A stretch of DNA of 62,255 nucleotides, counting the filler, from Dimargaris cristalligena (Eukaryota): the NCBI GenBank assembly GCA_003614675.1. It is 14 parts of 14 records of this genome, joined end to end, with 100 filler letters (N's around TTAATTAATTAA, not from the genome) between each part and the next. Parts side by side here need not be neighbours in the genome. Positions count along the whole stretch, not along the records: positions 13,379 to 17,763 come from ML003791.1; positions 17,864 to 22,247 come from ML003792.1; positions 22,348 to 26,728 come from ML003793.1; 11 more parts are not named here. One strand, written 5' to 3'. Positions 13,379 to 24,385 of the stretch are shown here, piece after piece. A model generated the notes under the pieces. It saw only the letters and a list, made by a program, of their open reading frames with translations, searched no databases and was not told where the DNA came from. The position numbers were made by a program, and so were the translations under genes. Numbering within the stretch: the stretch's first letter is position 1; every line of letters begins with the position of its first letter.

Positions 13379-15285
13379 TGAAAAATAGAATAATAAAAAA
13401 TAGGATGGGTGCGCGCCGATTCTGTAGGGAAGTGAGGGGGCATGTGGAACGGTAGTGGGGGAAGGTGGGGCGGCATCGGAGGTGGAATATGAGGGAACAT
13501 AGGGGGGAACATGCCCATACCCATACCCATATTCATGTTCATATTTATAGCCATAGGGTCAGGAGGTCCTCCCTCTCCCATAATAGTAGGGGGGAACCCG
13601 CCGTGTCCGTTGGGATACTGCTCATCACCCGATGGGGCATTATTGGGAGGCCTTCCGTTAAGGTCGGTCGGATGGCCATTATTACTCCGGATACCGGCTG
13701 TATCGACCCCGGTCCTGGTTGGGTCGTGGTGGCGGGTCTCTGGATCATGGTCGCTGTCATGGTGAGTGGTGGTCGTGGAATCCGCGGCAGTGCCCGGTTT
13801 TTGATTACGAACCCAGGCACGCTCCAGCATAGCGGATAACAGGTTGGTGGTAGGGGGAGGGGAGGAGGTCGAAGGTGCCTCATCAACCTTAGCAGTATAA
13901 TCACCATCACCAACATTAACATCTTCTTTATCGTCGCTCCCACTACTAGCATGTTCGCCTTCAGTTCCTTGCGAATTCTCGCTACCCGGGCTAGCTGATT
14001 TCGGTTCCGCCGGAAGAGAGGGGGACGTCGGGCGTCGGTCGGTGGTTGGGGCCGGCCGGGAGCGTGTTGAACGGCCACCACTGGACCGGGAGTGCGACTG
14101 TGAATGGGAAGAGGTCGGCGGGGAACGCGTACGAGACTGATCGGGACGGGGGCGACGCCGATCGACGGATAAACGGGGCTGCGAAGAACGACGTGAGAGT
14201 AGTTCGGCGGATGATGCCAAGGGAGAACCGGAGAGTAAGTCGGTGATACTTCCACTTCCTCCTTCTCCTTCCACGGGGCGCTGGGTTTTGATGGGACTAC
14301 CCGGGGATTGGAGTTGACGGTAGTAATGGCCGGTGGGCGACGAGGGTTGGTTCGATGGTTGACGTTGTTGGGGTTGGTAGTGCACTTGGGACTTCTGGTC
14401 CCGGTGATGGCGGTGTCTCTGCTCTTGTTGCTCCAATTGTTGTTGTTGCTGTCGCGGTTGTCGCGAGTGGGCATAGGCGGGGGACTGATTATACGCGGAG
14501 AGAACCGGGGAAGGGGGTACCAAGCCTAGTGTACGAAGCCGTTCCATTTCCCGACCGATGCGCTCACGGTCGGTCGTTTGGTAAATCCAAATGGCGTGGA
14601 TATTCTTATCCCTTACCTGGTCGGTAAGTAGGCCGCTGGCCGTCACTGGGGTAGTGGTAGTAGTAGTGGCGGTGTTGGTGGTAGTGTTGGCAGGGGTCGT
14701 CGTTTTGGGAGTCTTTGGTTTCGAAGTGGGTGGTTGTTGGGAAGCCTGGGTGGATTTCTTGACGGGCCGAATCTGACCATCGCTGGTGAACTCAAACTCT
14801 TCGTACTGGTCGGAATCGCTGCCATCATCATTATCCTGGCTATCATCACCATCACCATCATCTTCTTCTTCACTTGGACTTGATCCACCGGTCCCTTCTA
14901 CCCGGGCGGCCGGGCCCCCCACCACGGCCTCCTCCTGTTGGTGGGAGGGGTCCGTTTCCCGAAAGATGATGTATTCCGAAGTGGACTGGACCTCCATCGT
15001 AGGTTGCAAAAAGACGAAGAAATTATCCAATGCCAGCCGATTCATCACCACGAACCCGTAGTACGGCGGGGTGTTGCGTTGGAACAGGAATAACGTGCCT
15101 TCGACCCCTTTTTTGGCCCACCCGCCCTGGCCCTGGTTGGCGTGGAGGTCGAAATAGTAGATGACGACATGGCTGGACTGGTCCAACAGACGGACGATGG
15201 ACCGGTCGTGGCGTTGGAGCACACTGAGATTGACGGCGGTTTTAGTCTGCCGTAGACTGGGGGAATTCCGGGAGTTCATGGGCAT
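13379..15285 (-). CDS. DCP1: mRNA decapping activator Dcp1 (EVH1 domain plus long disordered tail), 3' truncated
   Basis: N-terminal NLSVLQRHD...HVVIYYF...W.KKGVEGTLF...YGFVVMNR...IHAIWIY matches the Dcp1 EVH1 domain. Confidence 0.88.
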
Positions 15286-16825
15286 GGGATGAAGAGAGAA
15301 TGCGGACGCGGATTTTTATCTATCTAACTTATCTATATAGAGAGAGAGATATATGGATGTCGGTAGGGGGTAGTAAGTATAGTAGGTAGGTAGGTAATGG
15401 GCAATGGCTGACGAGAGAGGATACTACCTAGTTGATTAAGGGATGCTGAGGTATACGAAGCGAAAGGTCACTTAGAGAAGGTGAAAGCTGGGGGAGAAAG
15501 ACTAGTCGAGTCGCAGATGATGCGATGAGTGGGAGAGGGGGAGACTGCCTGTCTAGCAGTTGGACGCTAGTTTGGTCTGGGGGTGGTTGGGTTGGGGAAA
15601 TATCAGTGAAAGAAGAGAGGAGGTAGGTAGGTAGGTGGTTGTGCGCTGAATAGAGAGAGATATAAAACTAAGAGTGGCGGGGTGTGCGTATTTCTTTGGT
15701 GTATATGTGGGAGACGAGAGAATGTGAGGTTGTCTCTATGTATACTATACATATGTGGAATGGCTAATATTCATGTGGGGTTGGTAGAGGTGTATTGTGT
15801 GAGAGGGACGAGAAGGAGGGGCGTTTCAGACTATAGTATAGGGCGCGCGCACGCGCTTTTATCCAAAATAGACGACGGCAGGTTAAAAATGGTAAAATGT
15901 CGCGCCCTTTCTATATATCTCCCCCTCCCTCGCCTATACGATCGCGCTGTACTAAATCTATAGATGCAATGGGTGCTATTTAGATACTATGCCGCCCCAT
16001 GATATATCGGCGGTGGTGCATTCCTTCCTCACGCGTAATTCATTCGAATTTGGGTGGGGGGTGCTTTCGGGTCAATTACATGATTGCCAATATTCGCGTC
16101 TCTATGTATTTACTTCAATCTCGAGTTGAGGCACCGGTTCTATAGTGTGTAGAGAGAGAGAGAGAGTCTCATCCACCTTGCAAATCGGAATGAACACCGT
16201 ATTATACATATCCTAACCTAAAAACCTAAAGCCCCGGGCATATTCAATTAGAGCAATATAATATAGTATCGTAAACCGCTAAAAATCTTAATATTCTCGA
16301 ACCAATCTCTCTTATCTCCCAATCCCAATGATTCCAATCAGCTTAATTCTGCTAAAATCCGCCTATGGCGCAGTTCAATTCACTAACTAGCAGGATAAAT
16401 ACATGCCCTAACCACACCTACCTTATCCAGGGTAGAGAATTATCGACATAGCAAGGCCTATACCATATTCCTTGGTAAAAACTAAGAAGAATTGACGACT
16501 GAATACTAGAACAATACATTTCTTTCCATCCACATCCAGCTAGTGGGTTGGCATTGTGGTTTGGATTGTTCGACTGAGTGGGCATGTGATATCCCCCCCC
16601 CATTCCCTCACCGCACGTATTGCTATAAAAAATGTACATCTATTGGTAATTATTTAAGGTAAATGGAAACTATAACAACTAGGAAAGGGCCATATAGATG
16701 GGCGCCTTTTCGAAGTAGTAAATATAAAAAGGCGGATAATAAAGAGAATCGGGTATAATAGTCTAATTAAACAAATGAGCCTATATACCCACGTTCTTAA
16801 TTTCAACTCCCAACGGCATTTCCCT

Positions 16826-17748
16826 TTAAGCGGTAGTTCCCGACGCCGGGGTGGTGGTGGTGGTGGTGGAGTCCGCCTCCTTCAGCTGCTGGTCGATTTT
16901 CTCAATGACTTCCTGGGCCGCCAACGGAATCTTGGTGCCGGGACCAAAAATAGCCGCGACTCCCGCATCCCGCAGGAATTGGTAGTCCTGTTGCGGAATG
17001 ACCCCGCCGCAGATGACCAATTTCCGCGCAGCCCCCACCGTAGCTTTTGGTCCAACGCCGAGCTTCTCGAGTTCAGCGATTAATTGGGGGACCAATGTCT
17101 TATGGCCCGCGGCCTGGGATGATACGCCCACGGCGTGGACATCCGCATCAATGGCCTGCTGGGCCACTTCGGCGGGCGTTTGGAACAACGGGCCAACGTC
17201 CACATCGAAGCCCAAATCGGCAAACCCGGAAGCAATAACCTTGGCGCCGCGGTCATGACCATCCTGGCCCATTTTGGCGACCAGCAGACGGGGTCGGCGA
17301 CCGTGGGCCGCCTGGAATCGGTCCACGGCGTCGAGGGTGTTTTGCACATCATCGGTATCCGATCCGTATTCGGACTTGTACGCCCCACTAACCACGCGAG
17401 TGGTCGGTTCGTGGCGACCCCAGACCTTTTCCAGGGCGTAGGTGATTTCACCGACCGTACAACGGGCCCGTGCCGCGTCAACCGCCAGGGCCAAAAGGTT
17501 ACCCTCCCCGGTACGCGCCGATTCGGTCAGGGCTTCCAAAGTGGCCTGGGCTTTCGTTTCGTCGCGGGCGGCCTTCATCTTCGCAATACGGTCGATTTGG
17601 GATTTACGGACGGAGGTATTGTCAATGGCCAAGACATCAATGTCGTCTTCCTTTTCCAGGCGGTACTTGTTCACCCCCACGATGGTTTCCTTGCCCGAAT
17701 CAATCCGGGCCTGGCGTTTGGCTGCACTCTCCTCAATCTTGAGTTTGG
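16826..17748 (-). CDS. MUT: Methylmalonyl-CoA mutase, C-terminal part with B12-binding domain, 5' truncated
   Basis: [50 protein letters not shown] (DxHxxG cobalamin ligand), [22 protein letters not shown]. Confidence 0.96.
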
Positions 17749-17863
17749 GAGATAAGAGAGATTNNNNNNNNNNNNNNNNNNNNNNNNNNNNNNNNNNNNN
17801 NNNNNNNTTAATTAATTAANNNNNNNNNNNNNNNNNNNNNNNNNNNNNNNNNNNNNNNNNNNN

Positions 17864-19806
17864 CCCGCCGGGGACTGCGACTGTTGGCGTTCCTGGATCT
17901 GCCGGTCCTGGTGTTCAACCATACTGATCCGGATGGCCTCCATAACCATGAGTTCCTCTAAATCGGCACCCATATGGTGCATCGCTTGGAGGTAACCGGT
18001 GTAGTGAGTACCAATGTTGGATGTGGTCCTAGAATTTTGTTCACGGGGCCGGGTAGACCGAGGTCGAAAGATGGGCTCCGACCGGGGAAACAGCCGCCGC
18101 GGAGGGAAGACGGACGACCGACTGGACGATCGCTCACGGGCCTGGATAACCCGCAGTAAGTTTGGCCGAATCTCGTCTGGATAACGGGTAAAGTAGAAAT
18201 ACATCAGAAGTACGATATACAGGGAAGGGAGATGGTCGATTAGAAACATTCAATACCGAGATGATAAGTAAACCTAAGAAGGGAGCAATACATCGGTTAA
18301 TAATGATAATGACGCTTGCCATGAACAACTTACCGCTAGTGACAACACTGGGTTGGTCGTGATTTAGGGACCGGCTACGGCCCCGGAGAGAACGATGTTG
18401 GGTCAGCGAAACCGGATCAGCACCAGTGGGCCGCTAATTGGGGTATGGGGTATTCATGGACATGGTCAGTTGGTGACGTTTAAACAGGTAAGAGAGTCCG
18501 TATTAGGTTAGAAGCGAGTTAGTCTAATGCATTCAGTGGAACTAGTATAGTGCATTACTCTCAGGAGAAGGACGTAGCGTGGCAGGTCGATACCCAAGTG
18601 ATCTGTGAATTTAAATCACTTCCGAGAAGGAAAATCATTGGGGGCAATCCCCAATAGTAAGTTCATGGTAGTGGGCTTACCTGAGGGGCCAGACGTGTAC
18701 CGGGTTCACGGAAGCAGCTGGGGGGAACATAGGTGATTGTGAAATTGGTCTGGACGCAGAAGGGGCAACTGTGTGTAGAAGGGGAAGGGGTGGTTGGGCG
18801 GGGCCAAGGATGCAGATGTGAATGGGTTCGCCAATAGTTAGCAAAGTGCGGCGGAATATAATTTAACCATGTCGGTCGACGGTACGGCCCTCAACGGACC
18901 CTTGTTTAGAGGAGAGAACGGCCATGGAAGCAGGCGGGGGGGTGGTTTTAAACGTGCTACTTACCTAGTGGGGGCTAAAATGGGTTCCTGGCGTTTGATC
19001 TGCAGGAAACACTCAGTACAGATGGGCTGTTGACAACAGCGAGCGTAGTTTATATTGATGGGGTAGTGGAGGAAACAAATGGGGCACTCAATCACGGGTT
19101 TAAGGAGTTCCCTCACTTCGGCCGCGGTCCACCGACTGGCACTGGGGGCCGTTCGGCTCCGCCGGGGTGAAGGAGTAGGGGAGAGTGGGCGCAGGGCGGC
19201 TACCGCACTACTGGTCCGGGTGGTGCTGCCCCGGGGCTGGGTCGACGGGCTGACGGCCGTCGACCGGGTCGTATTAGGGCAGGGGTGATGGTCGCCCCCG
19301 CACGAATGGGGGAGGGCAGAGTCCGCCGAACGCCGACCGGAGCTTTTGCCCAGTGGCCCGAGCGGGTAGCGAGTACTCGCTGAACGGCGGGGGCTCTCTC
19401 CGGCGCCGGTGGGGCTCGGGCCGTCGGGGGAGGTGCAGTGCTCTACGCTACGGTCAGCATCCGCTTCCGTATTGGCATCGGCACCAGCACCAGCACCAGC
19501 AGCAGCAGCAGTAGTAGTAGTAGTAGTAGTGGCGTCGCAGGGGCTGGTACCGACGCCTCGAAGACTCTGACCGGACGTACGGGTGGTAAGTGTCGCGGAT
19601 GGAAATGCGGTGGTGGTCTCGGAGTGGCCAGGTTCGGCAGGTTCGCTCGCCCCCTCGTAGAAAGGGGCCATTTTCCGGTCGAGAATGAGCCTTCGCACCA
19701 CCCGCTGGTCGTAATTCTGATCCTTAACGGGATAAATGCCATGAGGCTCGAGTTGGCCTCCGTCAAAGGTGTCGGACAGGTGGGGTTTGGTGTGGGAGTT
19801 GCCCAT
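17864..19806 (-). CDS. SIP5: Sip5-family RING-like protein; exons 18965..19806, 18681..18768, 18334..18433, 17864..18176; 3' truncated
   Basis: MGN start, G.Y...Q.Y...[72 protein letters not shown]. Three GT-AG introns keep the frame. Confidence 0.88.
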
Positions 19807-22060
19807 GATTAGACGCAAGAGGGATAGGGGAAGGCGGGACTGGAGGATGAAGGGCCAAGGGAAAAGACGAAGACGGAAGGAGAAAATAGATTAGGAGACG
19901 AACTGAGTTTGGCAAAGGAAAAAGAGGAGTGAGTGAGCACCACCAGTGAAAGGTAGGACTGGGTTACCGTTCAGGGTCGGGTGAGTAGGGCTGGGAACTG
20001 GAGACCAGGCACAATACTGAAACGTCACTGAAACCCAGCAATGGAGCAAGGGGGGAGAGAGAAAGGTAATAAGTATATGGCGAACGGACTGCCGCTGATA
20101 ATAAAGGGAAGAAGAAGAGGAATGCACTGGCAACAAAAGCGGGAAGGTAAATTATGTCGCTAAAGGAGGAGCCAGGTGACCGAAAATGAAGACTATTAAA
20201 GACTGACGCTATCGAACAACCCCAAAGACTAAGTAAGGCAGAGGTGCACGCGTGCCGCTCACCGGACCAGCTGGTGGGAGTACAGGTGTAAAGGTAAAGG
20301 AGAAGGGTGCTTGTAGAGTAAAGGCAAAAGAGACCTTGGGCCGCGCTGTAGTCGCCGATATATATATATATATATATATATACTGTGTATACAATTCGTA
20401 GACTGCTGAAGCCTACCAGTGCGTTGTTAATACTGGAGGGGCCTTAAATGCAGGCAAATGAGTGGAGTCCACTGGAGAGACTTGGTCGGGCGGGACACCC
20501 ACCAGTCAAAACCCTCGAGTACTTTGACAGCGCCCATCCCCACCACCATAGGCCCCCCCTGTGCTCTACAAACGAATTGGAAACGACGGAACTACGGTCA
20601 AAACGGGAAGTGGCCGCGGCAGACGTAATCCTTTCCATAATGGGGCCCCCCTTTTTACCATGACTGCATCCCAGCAACACTCCCTCTGCCCACTGTCGGG
20701 CTGCGACCATCTTATCTGTTTTCGTCCCCTGTATCACCCCCCAAATGGCCTTCGCCCAGCGATCCGTCAGCTCGCCGCCACAAGGCCCTTCCTTTGTCCT
20801 TATCCTTGGGCCTTTAAGCCCGCCGATGGATCCTTCATGTTTCGCTTATACTCCTCGCCGTGTCATGGGAGCCGGTACCAAACAGTACCAGGGGTATTGG
20901 CAGCCCAACGTCCACAGTAGCAACGGAATGGCAGCCCGAGTTCAACAGTATCAATGAACTATGGCAGCACTTATTCAACAGGATTGTGGCACCAAGTGCT
21001 CGTATCACCCACATCATGTTCTGATACTAAAAGTGGAACTCGACACAAAAGGCCGTTTGAGGGGGGGGGGAGGGTGGCCCATGGAGGATCGGCTCTGCCA
21101 TTCACTCGAGTTTCCCCTCAACTGATTACAGTATCTGATAAAGGCAATTCATCGCCCGCGGGTTGTACTCTTTATAATTACGCCCATCACACCATTCTGG
21201 GGTTTTTGAAACTCGAGAACAGTACCGCCTTATTATTTTTTAGTACAAGCCCCTCGAAATGGGTAAGGGCAATCCACGCCACCTTAATATAGGTCAAACA
21301 AGGTTCGGTCGGCCCCATATAGATTGCTATTATTAAGGGCATGTTAAATACATGGTGCTATCCCACCTATATTGGAGACGAGACACTTGCCTAGCATCTT
21401 ATTAAGCAACGGCCTAGCTATCATTCCCAAGCTATTATCCATACTGCCAAAATCGGCTGAAACAGTCCGAAAATCCCTCTCTTCATCCCAATTCCCAATA
21501 AAAAAATCTTCATGGGCTACCTAATGGGCCAGCTTGAGAGGTATTACTAACAGAAAGCCCTCAGTAAGAAATATCCTAAAAGAATAATGCAAAGTTGAAA
21601 ATCAACTGTAACAAAAAAAAAAGGGAAGAGCTTGGCCTAGTAGCCATCACAAAACATTGTCTAAATAATAGTGTAACAATAATTGTGGTGGATGGCAAAT
21701 TTACCATGGGTCAAGTTCTGAGGGGAGGAAGCATATTGCACATGGAATAGTCTATGAGATTAAATTATGAGTTTATTGGAACATACTGAATCTAGTTAAT
21801 CAGGTATTACTATACATTTATTCTTTAGGTTTGTCCTCAGATCCAATTGGGTTGATAACTACTTGCTTGGTACTTAGCAGGATATCTCAGTGATAGTAAT
21901 CATGTGATCTGGATGTCTCAGGAAGGTTCCCTTGCCTAGTGGTTGTAATAGTGCAATATAATACACATTCCATTCAATATATCATTAATACTACTTAATT
22001 AAATATGGTATAGGCTAACTTTACAGTAATCTGATTTTAGCATAATATATATAAGCCCCT

Positions 22061-22247
22061 TATAAAGAACTGAAATCAAATCCTTGAAAACTGAACTTTA
22101 TTTAAAAAATAGATAATAAAAAAGGGAAAGGTAATGATAGATTTGCTGTTCTAAGAGGTAGTAGCAAGGGGGAGTATTTATACTCAAAAGAGGAAGCCTA
22201 AATAAAAAGATAGATGAATAATAGAGAAAGGGAGAGAAGGTCCCAGA
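22061..22247 (-). mobile_element. LTR family A, 3' part (TATA, AATAAA, ...TTCTTTAYA end)
   Basis: Reverse complement matches 22348..22402, 31308..31411 and 35596..35680; contains GAGTATAAATAC and AATAAA on the minus strand. Confidence 0.75.
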
Positions 22248-22347
22248 NNNNNNNNNNNNNNNNNNNNNNNNNNNNNNNNNNNNNNNNNNNNTTAATTAAT
22301 TAANNNNNNNNNNNNNNNNNNNNNNNNNNNNNNNNNNNNNNNNNNNN

Positions 22348-22402
22348 ATCTATCTTTTCAAATAAAGTTCAGTTTTCAAGGATTTGATTTCAGTTCTTTA
22401 CA
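22348..22402 (+). mobile_element. LTR family A, 3' end
   Basis: AATAAAGTTCAGTTTTCAAGGATTTGATTTCAGTTCTTTACA, ending in CA. Confidence 0.75.
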
Positions 22403-22548
22403 ACCACCAACCCACTGATTGGTTTTTTCTGTCCATTGGCTATGTTTCACAGAACCACATGCCACCAGCCCACTAATTGGTTCCCTTTTTATTGGCCATA
22501 TTTCACATAACTACCAGCCCACCATCCTACTGATTGGTTTCTCTGTTC
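22403..22548 (+). repeat. About 58-bp tandem repeat x2.5 with ATTGG (CCAAT) boxes, probably the U3 region of another LTR
   Basis: Units start CCACCAnCCyACTrATTGGTT at about 22404, 22462 and 22519; TATAAATA follows at 22682. Confidence 0.55.
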
Positions 22549-22939
22549 CTACTAAAGCCTTCCTATGGGGTTAGTCTATTCCAATTAGTTTATAGTTCCA
22601 CCATATGCATAAGTTCTTATGTTGATGACTAATTTATCATTTCCCTCTGATTCTCCCTATATTTCCCCTTGGATGAAATACTATAAATAAACCCCTTGTC
22701 TGTCCCCTTGAAAAGACAGAAAACTTTGGCCCCTTGCTTCCTAGACATTGTTATCTGACCCTTTGGCCCCTGGTAGGACACTAATACCATCTTGGCTTCA
22801 GGTGACTATTAGTTACTACTCAGTTTACTCTCTGTTCTCCTTTTTCCTTACACTCAGTAAAAGTCCCCATTTATCACCTTGGTTTCTGATATTAGTTAAA
22901 CTTTTACCTAGTTTTGTCTAATTCACCACCTCACTATTA

Positions 22940-23120
22940 TGTATGCCATCAAAGAGGCCCTCTGGCTTAAATGTGTAGCCAAGTTTCTGGGAGAGATCAT
23001 GTGTACTATACTGGTTGACTGTGAAAACACTGTGTATATATTGATTTTAATGAACCTGGTCTATTATATTCCAACAAAATCATATAGATACAAGACTACA
23101 CTTTATTTATGACAATATAA
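22940..23120 (+). pseudogene. Ty1/copia RNase H remnant
   Basis: Translates AIKEALWLK...; after a frame break NHIDTRLHFIYD, matching copia RNase H motifs KEAxWL and KHIDxRxHFIRD. Confidence 0.7.
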
Positions 23121-24385
23121 GAAAAGAATATATAAAATTGAAGAAAGTGAAGAGCAAAGAGTGAAGGGTGAAGGGTGAAGGGTGGACATCCTGATCCAAC
23201 TGCTCTCTCCTATCTCTTTTTCCCACTGCATTAGGCTTAACATTATGGCACCCAAAGCTCACTGAGGGGAATGTTAGAAATACATCTCCCCCCAAGTTCC
23301 ATTTACTGTATTGGACTATTGGAGCAATTCTATTACTCTAAATTATCCCTAATAAATACTATAATAAGCTTAATTCTCATCTTGTGGTTCTTTCCTACTT
23401 CCATCTATTTTTAACATAAGCTTTATTATCAATCTCAGATTATCATCTACATGAGAATTTGTGGTTATTCCAATAATAATGAGTTGGAAATCTGAAGACA
23501 AGGAGAATTAGCTCATATAGGGAAATAATATTGCACTGCCTGCCCTGGGCTGTTCCCATGGAATAAACTTACCAATCATCCAGGACCTTGAATTCATACA
23601 TTGTATGCCTTCTTCTTGACTTTGCCACTAGCACCAGTGCTTATGTGGCCTCAACCTAGCTACCCATGGTAGCATAACTACCCTGTTCTAAAGTAGCTTG
23701 AGAAGGCACCATTTCTCTTTTAGCACTAAGTATTATGACTTTGTACTTGATGGTTTTAACACCAATATTTATACTTAATGAAGTGAGGTTTTCTCTTAAC
23801 TCCCATATCATTATAGTGGCATCAAAACAATCTGAGTTGACATCAAGCTGGCCTTGCTTCTCTACCAGCTTAGTATGTCAAATACGGGTTCGTTCAATGA
23901 TACACATACTCAAAATATATATTTTCTTAATAATTCAAATTGTACTTAACAAATTTAGTTTCCTGGGGAGCTAAGCTACTATTTTTATTAGTCATTAGAG
24001 GCAATGAAATTTTGTAGCCGCAAACTTATCACTGGGCCAAAGATGGCTCTCATTTGATGCTCCATCAAAAATGGTACTCTGTAGACCCAACGTCTGGGCC
24101 AGTTGCTGAATAAAGGCAATTGATGAATTGGTAGCCATAATTACCAGCACTAACTAGACTCATTCTTCTTTACACTAACAACCTCCAGGCAACTGCTCAA
24201 CCCGGGGATATTCGATAATATATTCCCCGTCCAGTCATAAAATCGCATACAACCAAGTCTAACTTAAATAATATCTATGGCTTGCCCGTTAATAGGCCGA
24301 ATGCTTTTATTGACTAAAGTAACACAAACCCCGACCAAGGGGGCTTTAAAATAGTGCGCATGGTCTAATATATCCACCCGGGGGA

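Noticed and set aside
22061..22402. Inverted repeat spanning the 22248 spacer
   Set aside because: The two arms are on different contigs; juxtaposition is coincidental.
23500..24140. CpG-poor stretch with broken minus-strand frames (MATNSSIAFIQQLAQ...)
   Set aside because: Probably decayed repeat or gene, but no motif could be recognised to support a call.
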